64,000 nt of DNA from Piromyces finnis finn (lineage: Eukaryota; Fungi; Neocallimastigomycota): contig MCFH01000072.1 in the NCBI GenBank assembly GCA_002104945.1, positions 124,001 through 188,000 on the forward strand, written 5' to 3'. Position 1 is the stretch's first letter, and each line of letters starts with the position of its first letter. Positions 12,952 through 24,929 of the stretch are shown here, piece by piece. Position numbers and translations under genes: made by a program. The notes below the pieces were generated by a model. The model had not been told where the DNA came from, made no database searches, and worked only from the letters and a program-made list of their open reading frames with translations.

Positions 12952-14365
12952 TTATATATAATGTACTAATAAAGAAAACAAATACTTCATTAATACACCA
13001 AATAAAAGTATTGGAATTGTTTTTAAATAGCTTTCTTCTAAAAATACTATACATATTTTATAATGAGAATAGTAAATAAAAAATAAAAATTATATTAATA
13101 GTAAATAATTTATATTTTTAAATATTAATGTCTATATAATAATTATTATGAATTTATAAAATATATATTTAAAAATACCTGATATTGCTTCTACATTTGA
13201 AGTAAATACTAAAATATTAATATACCATGAATAATTTATTTCACCATAATCCCATATAATCATTAAAATATATAATAATTTACTAAAACTGGATATAATT
13301 AAAGCAATGGTAACATAGTTATATCTTTTATTAGGATTTGAAATTCAAAATATGTATATATTTATATAGTTAATAATAAATTAAAACATTTTCAAATAAT
13401 ACAATATTATCATTAAATGGTAAAAAAAAAAAAAAAAAAAAAAAACTTACTTTATTATTTCATATTTTTTATGAAATAATAACCATATTATGAATCGTAT
13501 ACTGGCATGAAATATAATTAGTTCTTTTTAATATAACAAATATATATTTATATAAATAAAATTAATATTTTTTCTTTATTTTAAAATAATTAAAATATAA
13601 TATTTAGGTATTTCCTATTTAATTATATTATATTATTGTTATTACCTATAGTGCATACAAATAATATATAAAAATAGTGTGAAAGAACATTAATATTTGG
13701 TATACTTTCAAGTTTTAACCACTTTATATCTTTAATTATATTAAAATTTAAAGTTAAAGATAAATATTCTTTTTATTATTATCATTATTGTTATATGACT
13801 CGAAAAAAGAAAATTTTTTTTAATATTGGTTATATTTTGAAAAAAGGATACAGACATCAAAAAGAATTAATAAAATAGCTAATTTCTTTATTCCGGGCTT
13901 TAATAATAATACATATATATATATATTGTTTTTAATATAAGTCCATGAATTATTTAGTTAACATGTTCATTTATTATGAAATCTTACTTGAATTCCAGAG
14001 TCAACATATTCTAATTTATTGAATAATAAATGTCGATAGACTTGTTTTTTATGAAGTAATAGGTCCATAAATATAATGACATAGTCATGTTCTATATATT
14101 GATCGGCAAAATTATTGCATGATGCCTAATTGCAATTGAATTTTAAAATATTATTAAATAGCATAAAAATAGCATAAAAGTAGTATATAAAATCATTAGG
14201 TTAGAAATTTTGAATTATTCTTTATAACAACTTTTTTTTTTTAAATATCTTTGTATATTTATTTTATTACTAGAAACATACACAAACAGAGAGTTGTATA
14301 TTCTGTTTACTATATTCTGTATATAAATTTGGGACCGGTTTACCACATTCAACACAAATCGGCAT
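12952..14365 (-). CDS. ARV1: Arv1 family ER membrane protein (not in the ORF track)
   Basis: About 7 small exons splice in frame. N-terminal Arv1 homology domain MPICVECGKPVPNLYTEYSKQNIQLSVCASCNNFADQYIEHDYVIIFMDLLLHKKQVYRHLLFN. Later LLILFDVYIKW and ALIISSFSKLLYILMIIWDY...VFTSNVEAI. Confidence 0.92.
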
Positions 14366-15045
14366 TTTTACTTTTGTTTTATTATTAAAATATTAAATTT
14401 ATGAAATAAAAATTTGCTTTGGCTACTTTTATAATTGTTTTATTCATTAAAATAAGAAAAAAAATGATTTTTACTTTTTTTTTTTTTTTCTTATTTAGGA
14501 ATTGGTATATTAATTACTGTAGGTATATATTGATTAATTTTTATTTCAAATTTTCTTTTTTCTTGGCTTAAGAATTGTTTTTTATTTTTATTATTATTGT
14601 TATGTTATTAATTTTGTTTTCTTTTACTTTAATATATATAAATATACTTTATTTCAAATTCTTTTTATGAATTTATTATTAATGTTATTTATTTTATTAG
14701 TTCTTGTTCTTTTCTTTTATTGTTTTTCCTTACAACGAATTCAATTCTAAATTCTTTTATGAAATTTTGAATTTAAAAAAAAAAACAGAAAAAAAAAATG
14801 TTTTAAATTTATGTTTGTTTCCTTGTTTGTTCGTTTTCGTTTTATATTTAATATTATTCTATTTTATTTTTTTATATATTTATGTTTATTATGTACATAT
14901 ATATTTCAGCAAAAAAAAAAAAGAAAAAGAAAAAGAAGAAGAAGAAAATTTTTTAATTTCAATTGAATTTCATTTGATTTATAATATATTATATTTTTTT
15001 TCTTTTTTTTTAATTTTACAAAGTTAATTTTATAAAGAAAAAAAA

Positions 15046-15078
<33 letters not shown>

Positions 15079-15284
15079 AATATACCAAAATAATAAAATA
15101 TTAATTTAATATATATTAATATATATTATTATATGTATTTCTAATTAAATTTCAAAACATATTATATTATTATATTATAATTAAATATAGAAATTGCGAT
15201 AAATAAAGGAAAATAGAATTTCTTGAAATATAAGAATTGTAGAAGAAGAAAAAAGAGAGAGAGAAAATAATTATTTATATTAAA

Positions 15285-16176
15285 TTAGTTCATATTTTTA
15301 ATATTTTCTTTAATATTTTTTAACTCTTTTCTACGTTGGATTGAAACCTCACGACCCTCTAAACCTTCACAAATTTCTAGTATTTGTTCCAAATTTCTAT
15401 AAATTTTCAATAATTCGTTTTCTGTTAATTCCTTATTTTGTGTTTTATACCCATCAATAAGTGATTTAGTCTCAACAGTTTTAATTAATGGTTCATTTCC
15501 ATAAAAACTTGGATACCCTTCTTTGAAAAAGTCCCATGAATTAATAATCAAACTAAATAAATCATTAATCTTAGTTGGAAAAATATATGGAATCGTATTA
15601 GGAATTGGTTTATTCTTTTTCACTTTATTATCTACAAATTTTTTTAGTCCATTTGAAAGATAATTCTCAACAATTCTAATCAGTTGGAGAGTACAACTTT
15701 TACTTGTATTTTTAGTTTCTATAGCCATTTTATTATTTTGGATAGTATTTGAGTTAACGGTAGAGTGAATATTAAAAGAATTCATTCTATTTGTAGAGTG
15801 GATATTGATTTTCAATGAATTAGTTGCATTATTATTAGTATTATGGATATTCATAGTCATGTTATGACTATTGACACTGATAGTATTATTTGATGATGGG
15901 GATTGAATATTTGTTTTTATTTTTTTAGCTTTATTCTCATATATCTGATTACTATTAAAAGAACTAATATTAAAATGAAAATAAAATAAAATTAGTAAAA
16001 ATAAAAAAAAAAAAAGTTGTATATATAAATTACATATTTTCTGGATATTGTATTTTATTAAACTGAGAATTATTAATATTACTGTTGACGCTTTCATTGC
16101 TTGTATTTTTCTGTATTTTATTTAATTATTTAATAAAATTATTTTATTAATCATATATTAATATTTAAATATACTT

Positions 16177-16213
<37 letters not shown>

Positions 16214-16589
16214 GTTTTAATCTTCTAGTTGGATTAATAATTCTTCTATTCAATAATGTATTCTATAAATATTAAATATTAAATTTAATTAATTATTTAT
16301 TTATTTATTTATTTATATAGCATTAAAAATATATTTTTAACAATATATACTTACATTATTTGAATTTAATAAACTATTGTTATCATTAATTTCAGTAAGA
16401 TTATCAAGTTCATGTTTCCTTTTATTACTAATCTATTTTCATTTTAGTATTATTTTCAAAAATATATATATATAATATAAATATCATAATACTTAATTAA
16501 TTATTTAATATATCAACAATTTAATAATAATAATGATAATGATAAATTACATTCTTAGATTCATTATCTTCCTTTGAATCGTTTTCTTC

Positions 16590-16637
<48 letters not shown>

Positions 16638-18837
16638 TTATCATTATATTATTTCAATTAGTTCTATGTTATAAAAAAATTAAATTAATTATAAAAAATG
16701 AATAAATTGTATTTACTTAAGGATCGTTCATAATCTTCCATTAATTTTTTATGATCATTTTCAGAAGAACATGAATAATTAAGTAGATCATCAAATGGAT
16801 CATTTTTTTCTAATGCTAATTTTTATAACTATTAGATACTTCTTTTTTCAAATAAAAATCAAGTAAAAAATATATTGAAAAAAAAATCTTATACCAACTT
16901 TTTGGAATTGTATCATTTTTAGTATTTAAATTCTTTTTGAAATTATTATTATTACGATTTTTTTGGTTATTCTTATTTTTACTATTATTATTATTGATAT
17001 TGCTGTTGAAATTAAACTTGATACCATTATTGGAATTTTTATTTTGGTCTATATATTTATATTTAAACAAAAATAAATATATATATTTAGTATAATTTAG
17101 TATACACAAATTATTAAATACAAATTAAAAAAATTACTTACTATATGATTTTTCAAATTCTTTCATAAATTTTTCATGATCATTTACTGAGGAATAACCT
17201 TCGATAGGGATTTCAAAATCAAAATTAAAATCATTGTAATTGTTATAATTTGTTGCTATTGATATTCAAATGAAATGAAATGATATTTTTTATATTATTA
17301 ATAAATTAATTTTTATTTTTAAAAAGAAAAAATAATATAATCATCATCATACTTGATTTATTTTTCTCTCCAAAATTATAATCTTTAAATCCTGTATTAT
17401 TTCAATTTCATTGATAAATAAATAAAAAACAGATAATTTATTATTTATTCATTTATTTAGGCTTAATTAATATATTTATTTAAATAATTACTTGAAAAGG
17501 CTTTATTATTTTTAGGTAGTGATACTTTGTTATAATTAAATTTAAATGTTGAATTCATATTCTCATTGTTGTTGTTGTTGCTGCTGTTGTTTTGTAATGG
17601 TGGTGTGGAAGAAGTAACACTATTTGCAATATTTTGAGCTTTATTTTCATCAATAGATGTAATATGCATTATAAATGCTTCAGCGCTATCCTCCCATCTT
17701 TCAATAACTTTTATATTACTAAAAACAGATTTAACACATAAAGCCTTTTATATTTAAAAAATAATATAATATATTAAATTATAGTTTCAATTATAATGGT
17801 TTTAATTTTATCTTTCAAACGTTTAATTATACCTTATCATTACTTAATAAAAAAACTTCTTTCCCATAATTTTGACGAAAATATCTTCAAATATTGTATA
17901 TTTCATATTAGTTTGTTATGAAATATAATTATAATAAATATAAAAATAAAATACATTAAAATATAAGGTTTTTATTTATATAAATAAATTAAATTTAAAT
18001 GTTGAAATTAAAAGAAATGTAATGAAATTTTATATTACTTACAAACAACAATCAAGAATTTTATCATCATTTTTTGAAAACTAAATATATATCATTTTTT
18101 TTTAAAAAAAAAATGATTAAATAAAAGAAAGATATAAATATATTTTATGATGAATTTTAAACAAATTAACCTTTATTTTTTTTTAAAAATTAATAAATTT
18201 AATAATTTGAATACCATTGGATTTCCAACATTCAAAACTTCATTATATTTTTGCCCTATAAGATTAGAGTTTTCATCAACAGTATATTTTAAAATTAAGG
18301 ATAATGCTGAACGAGCTAATTTGGATAATGAAATATTATTATCCATCAATTTTGTTGAATTCTTTCAATTTAAAATTATTTGAAATTTGAAATTTCATTT
18401 TAATAAAAAATAATAAAAATTTTATTAAATAATATTTAAAGAATTTATTTATATTTTTCAACATAGTTTCTTTTTTTTTGGAAAAATTTAAAAATATATA
18501 ATAGTAATATTGATAAACTATTAAACGCTAATACCTTTAAACCATCAAGTTCTTGTATTACAATCCAAGGAATAATAATTGCAACTTTATATTCTCTCGG
18601 AAACTGAAATAAATCAGATAAAAATTTTTGCTTGTCTAATAATATATTGGTATCAACTATAATAAAGAAATCGTATAAACTTATTTTCCCTGAATTTGTG
18701 TTTATATTAATGCTCTGATTCATGGAAGTATTCCAATTAATAACTTGTTGATTTCTATATTGCTCAAATTCTTTATTTATTTCATTCTGAACTGACAAAT
18801 CAACATCAGTCCATGTAAAATCCATTGCATCATCCAT
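15285..18837 (-). CDS. SWT1: Swt1-like PIN-domain RNA endonuclease (start codon uncertain; a short further 5' exon is possible)
   Basis: PIN motifs IIVDTNILL, IPWIVIQELDGLK, KNDDKILDCC and LLSNDKALCVK across several exons. These are followed by an Asn-rich linker and a C-terminal helical region ending at 15285. Confidence 0.82.
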
Positions 18838-19611
18838 TTTAGATATATTTAGTCTTGTGATTATAAATGTTTAAAGGTATAAATTAAATACAATTTATTA
18901 ATACTTAGAATTTAATTCTTTTTCTATATTATTAAGATAGTTTCTTGTTAAACATTTTAATTTCAAATATTAAAATCTATTCGAAATAATAAAAAATTAT
19001 ATATTTTTTCCTTTATCCTCGTAATTATTAAAAAAATATTTAAAGTTCCAACCATGATCAATTAACCTATTTTTGAATTAAAGCCACAATAATTGATTTT
19101 TTCAAGAAATTTAATTATTGTAAAATATGATACCTGTTTATTATTATATAAAATAAAAATTTTCCCTCTTAAACTTTATTTTATATAATAACAGAAAATG
19201 TCATTGAATAATAAAAAATAAGTATAGCTTGGCCTGGCTTCAATTTTTTTTTTTTATTATTATAATAATAATAATGATGATGATAATAATAACTATGTTT
19301 AAGAAATATTACATTTTAAATAAAAATAAAAAGGATTTATCGTTCTTTCTACTATTATTCTTTAATTTTTTTTAAAAAATTATATTATTTGGTTGTTTAA
19401 TATAAAATAACTTTAATAAGTTAATTAAATTGTTTATTTTTTTTTTTTTAAAAAATAAAAAAAAAATTAATCAAATAAATTGAAAATAAAGATATTTTTA
19501 TAATTTAAAAATAAAATAAAAAAAAAAAAAACTATTTATTATTCATTTATTCATTATAAATATATTTTAATAAATTAATATCCATAATTGAATAAAACCA
19601 TTAATATAAAA

Positions 19612-20205
19612 ATGTCTAATAAATCTACTGAAAAGGTTACTGAAACTTTTGAAAAAGTTATTAAACCAAATGAAAATGATCCAGTAATTTTACCTGAAAA
19701 ATTCCAAAGACCAGGTAAGCCTTTTATAATTTTTTAATAATTAAAAGGTTTTAATGTTATAGACTAAAATAAATATTATTAATTACACTGTGAATTATTA
19801 TGGTCTTTTTTTTTTTTTTTAATTTCCAATGGAATTATAGAATTATGGAATTATGAAGTAAAAAAACAAAACATTTTATATACCACAACAAGCAATGATT
19901 ATGGATTTTATAAGCCATCACTTGTTGAAATGCCAACAAGATATTATTGTGTTAACCAAGAATTCTCCGAGGTATATATCAAAAACCCCATAATTTATAA
20001 TGTTTTAATATTCTTCTTATAATAAAATGAAAAAAATAAAAATAGATACCAATATATATACACATAAATACAATGAAAATTTTTAATAATTCAATTATTA
20101 ATATTATTATATTAACAAATTACTTTTTTAAAAAACTTTTTATATAACTATCTATAGAATTTATCTATGAGTGGTAACTACAGAAACTTCGGTTTAAATC
20201 AATAA
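19612..20205 (+). CDS. PIERCE1/PIERCE2-like (C9orf116/C15orf65 family) axonemal microtubule inner protein, 93 aa (not in the ORF track)
   Basis: Exons 19612-19714, 19841-19971, 20158-20205 are in frame. The sequence YTTTSNDYGFYKPSLVEMPTRYYCVNQEFSENLSMSGNYRNFGLN matches the recalled family pattern YRTSNxxYGxxxPxxHEMPxxFxPxSxxFSxxLxxxGMxRNxxLN. Confidence 0.85.
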
Positions 20206-21210
20206 TTTCAAAAAATTTTTTTATATATCTCTAACCTCAAATAATACTATTGTACATTGCTATAAAATGAAAAAAATAATTTCAAAAAATTCTATATTAA
20301 AACATTTTTCAACATATATTATTTTAAAATGATTTTTCTCAAAGAACAATATTATATATCCTATTATTAAAAAAGAAATAGCATAAACTGTTGTATATAT
20401 TTATTTTTATTTTTTTTTAAAAAAAAAAAAAAAAAAGTAAGAAAAAGAATCATTATAATACTCAGTTTATTATTCATTTTGATATATTCTAAAACATCAA
20501 ATAATAATCATGTGTAAAATAAAAATAAAAAAGAAAACTCTTTCAACGAATTAATAAAAGTTCCTTTATTCCTTTAAAATAATAATACTTTAATCTTTTT
20601 TCAATAGTACAAACACTATAATTGGAAAAAAAGTGGTGTTTTAATTTTTTAATTTTTTATTTTATTATTTTATTATTTTTTTAATAAATATTTACTGATT
20701 TTTAAAAATGTATTTTTTTTTTTTTTGTTTTTTTTTATTTTTTATTTTTTATTTTTTTTGGCTTTATTTTGACTTTGTTTTGGCTTGTTTTGTTTTGCTC
20801 GATAATTCTTTAAAAACTATATTATCTTTTTTAATAAAAAAGTGATTATTTTACTTTTTGTTATCATTTTTCTCTTTATATTCAAATTCTACTTTATTAA
20901 TTTTTTATTAAATTTTATTAGAAATATTGAATACTTATGTATATATTCTAAATATAAAATTATTTTAAATAAGTTATAAATTATAATAATAACATATCCA
21001 AAAATAAAAAAAAAAAAATTAATTAATTTATTGGTTTTAAAAATTTGTAAAAAAAAAAAAAAGATAATAATGTGTAATAATGATTTTGTAGAGAATTACT
21101 ATTCTTAATAATTCTATTTTGCGATATATTTTTGTATATTTATTTTCTAAAAATTGTTTTTCTTTTTATCCTCTTTCATGTTAGGTGTATTTATCTATTT
21201 ATTATATAAT

Positions 21211-22223
21211 TTACTTCTTTTCTTCTTCTGGCTTCTTAGAAACACCAACTTGAGCTGGTCTTAAAATACGACCATTTAAGGTGTAACCTTCCTTTTGAAC
21301 AGCAATAACAGTTCCTGGTTCCTTATCAGCCATTGGGGTTTGGAACATAGCTTGGTGCTTGTTAGCATCGAACTTTTCACCCATTGGGTTAAACATTTCT
21401 AATCCATGCTTTTTGAATGTATTTAAAAGTTGGGTTCTAGTCATATTAACACCAGTAAATAAACTGTATAAAATATTATTTGATTTATCTTCACGTTGCT
21501 TTTCTGGAACAGAATCTAAAGCCATCTTTAAAATATCTGAGGTATCTAATAAATCTTTAGCGAATTTTTGAATGGCAAATTGAGTTGCTTTTTGAATTTC
21601 TTTACGAGTTCTTTCTCTGATATTTTCGGTATCAGCTAATGCTCTCTTATAAGCGCTCTATAATAATTTATTTTAAAATAAAAATTATTTATTAAATATT
21701 CATTATAATTATATATATAAATGGCTTGATATCCTTATAACACCAATTTTTGTAAACTATACTATATTAAATTCATATAAAAATTTGAAGAAAAAAAAAT
21801 GAAACTTACTTGTAAATCTGAAATCTTTTTGTCCTTACTTTCAAGTAATTTCTTAACAGCTGGATCCATTTCTGGTTCTTTTTCTTCTTTTTTTTCTTCT
21901 TTCTTATCTTCTTTCTTATCTTCTTTCTTATCTTCCTTTTTTTCTTCTTTCTTTTCTTCTTTCTTTTCTTCCTTTTTAGAATCAGCTTCTGTTGACTTAA
22001 ATCTTAATGATAAATGGTTGCTCATATTATTTAATAAAGTGTTTTGAGTTAATAAGGAAGATTGATTGTTGTATAATAAAGAAGATGATGAGGTAGATGC
22101 AACATTATAGAAAGTTCTTTTCATCATTGGCATTTGTTGTCTCACTATGTTTGAGACAGCATTAAGGGTATTAATATTGTTCTTGGTTAATAAACTAACA
22201 GAGTTGGATACTATGGAATTCAT
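21211..22223 (-). CDS. MGE1: GrpE nucleotide exchange factor, organellar (mitochondrial-type; hydrogenosomal if the host is a gut fungus)
   Basis: Two exons (22223 to about 21810; about 21657-21211). YKRALADTENIQRRTRKE, FAIQKFAKDLLDTSD, GVNMT, FNPMGEKFDANKHQAM and QKEGYTLNGRILRPAQVGV. Long N-terminal Ser/Asn/Arg-rich presequence. Confidence 0.96.
21878..21975 (-). repeat. Coding 12-nt tandem repeat encoding (KKEE/KKED)x8 in GrpE
   Basis: Translation KKEEKKEEKKEEKKEDKKEDKKEDKKEEKKEEKE, seen directly. Confidence 0.9.
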
Positions 22224-24929
22224 TCTATATAATATAAAAAAAATAATATATATTTTAAATAAATGAAATAAATTAATATGTCAAAATCTAGTATTAAAGT
22301 AGTATTTATTAAATAATTTTCTTTTTTCTTTTTCCTTTTTTTTTTTATCGAATATTATTTTATTGAATCTTACTTTTATTATTTATAATTTGGTATATTT
22401 TAAAAAAATGTATTATTTATATTGTTTTATTGTATATTCTTTTTCCTAAAATATTTCAAGGTTTAGCAAAAAGTGTTGCTGCTGCTGTTGTTGTTGTTGT
22501 CTTTTCAAAATTGTTTTTAAAATTTATATATTTTGGGTATTTTGAAATATATATTATTTATAAAAAAAAATAAAAAAAAGAAAAAAGAAATTGTATTTTT
22601 TGTTCTTATAAATACTACTTTTTTTTTTATTTTTATTATTATTGGAATAAATAACGAAAATATATTTACTTTTTTTTCTTAAAAGCTTAAATTTTAAAAA
22701 AGTAATTTTTTTTTTTTTCTTTTAAAAAAGTTAGTTACTCTTTCCGAATAAAGGTAAATTTTTTTTTTTTTTTAATAAATTTATTTTTTTTTCAACATTT
22801 AGAAATGTTTGAAAAATGATTTATTAAATTATAATACCTTCATATATTATATTATATTATATTATATTTATTATATTATAATTAATATATATATTTCATC
22901 TTTCAACTGTTCATTTAATTTTCAACTTTTTTTAGGAAAAGATTAAATGTAATACATTAATTGAATAATACATACAATACAAATACAATACATTAATCTA
23001 TTTATATTAAAGAAAATTTAAATCAAAAATTTTTATTTTTGCTTCTATTTTACCATACCTATTTTTAATATAATGGCTAAAATACTTTGCATAAAATTGA
23101 TATACAAAATTATGTAGCAAAAACTAAAATATGATTGGTTAGGAATAAACGGTTAATTCAAAAATCTTTTTTTTTTTTCTTTATACAAAAACATTTAAAG
23201 TTTCTTTTAAATGATTTAATTTAAATTTAAATAGCTATTTATAATATATTAGAATATAATTAAATAATATATTTATATAAAATAATATATGATTTATGGT
23301 GAAAATAAAAAAAGAAAGTCTTTTAACAAATTTCCTCCACCTAAAAATTCAACGTCAAGTCATGGTGACTTTTAAAAAAAATACAGAAAATGATCTTTGT
23401 AACACCAGACGCGAGTTAAAACAAATTGATTAAATTGTTAAAATAAATGAATGAAAAATTAATAATTAAATAAATATTTCATAATTTTTTATTTATATTT
23501 AAATGAATAAATAATATTTATTTAAATAAACTTATGAAAATAATTATTTCTTAATCTTTTTTTTTTTATTATTAAGAAAAAAATAAGAGGTTAATGGTAT
23601 AATATAAATTATGAATGGTTAAAATCATGTTATACATGATAAGTTGTGAAAAAATATATTATTTAAACGGATTCTCTATTTTTAATATTTTTATATAATA
23701 TATAGTATAATAAGGCTTATTATGACATTTCATTATTGAATTATCATAATTTATACAATTATAGTTTAATCTTAAGGTGTATTAATTAAATCAATACGAT
23801 ACATGATAAATATAAATCTATTTTATATTTCAGATAGTAAAAGGTTTTTAAAAAGGGTCTATTTATTATTGTATTCAATATTTATAATTATAAATAATAA
23901 AGGGAAATAAAATAAGAATATATATATATATTTTTCATTTATTTATTCTTTTTTTATTTTTCTTTTTTTTTTTTTTTAATTGTTATTATTAAATTATTAT
24001 ATCCATTCATTAATTTATTATAAAAATTAATTTTTTTATATCATATAGAAAAATGAAAAAAAAAAAAGAAAAAAAATATATTAAAATTCATTCTATTTTA
24101 ATATTAGAAAAACCAATTCTTTTAGAAAAAGTAAAAGAATGATAATAAAAAAGAATATATAAAGGATAGGAATTATTTTAAATATTAAATTAATAAAAAA
24201 AAAATTGGTTATATGTAAAGGTGTGTGAGTCGTAATTTATATTATTATTAGATTTTTATTTTGTATTTTAAATTTGTCTTTTGATAGGTTGAAATTTTTA
24301 ATTTTGTTTTATTATTTCATTATAATGTCTTTTTAATCATTTATATTTGTCATAATGAATAAATATTACTTTGATGAAGTGTGTGTGTTATAATTATTTT
24401 TAATTATTTCATTCTATTAAAATTATTAGTGAAGAAAGTGAGAATTGTAGAAAATAAAAAAAAAAAAGGGTAACATTGGGTTATTGTGTTGATTATATTA
24501 TTATTGTTAATTTATAAATTGTTGTTTTGTTTTTTAACTATTTCATTTTACATTCTTATTTTTAATATAAATTAGACGTGTAGATGTTGATTTTTTTTTT
24601 TTTTTTTTTTTGGTATGAATTATAAAAAAAAAGATTAAAATAATTATTTTTCTATATAAAATAATTTACAACAATAAATGAAAATAAAATAAAAAAAAAA
24701 AAAAAAGGGCAATAATAATAATAAATAATTTAACGTTGCAAAAGGATGAAATAAAATTAAAATACTAAATTAAAATTATTATTATTATTATTATTATTAA
24801 AAATAGTAATATTAATTACAAAGTAGTGTATATATATATAAAAAAGTTTGTTAGGATAATTGCGTATGTTTTTTTTTTTTTTTAAATGTTTTTTTTTTTT
24901 GTATCTGTGTGTAGGTAATGATATATATT

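Noticed and set aside
14704-15088. Hydrophobic Phe/Tyr/Lys-rich ORFs between ARV1 and SWT1
   Set aside because: They are translations of poly-T, poly-A and TAT tracts with non-ATG starts and no splice-consistent model.
15285-18837. Possibility that the Swt1 PIN domain is a toxin-like or inactive nuclease
   Set aside because: The acidic catalytic positions (DTN, QELD, NDD, SND) are all present and the layout is that of ordinary Swt1.
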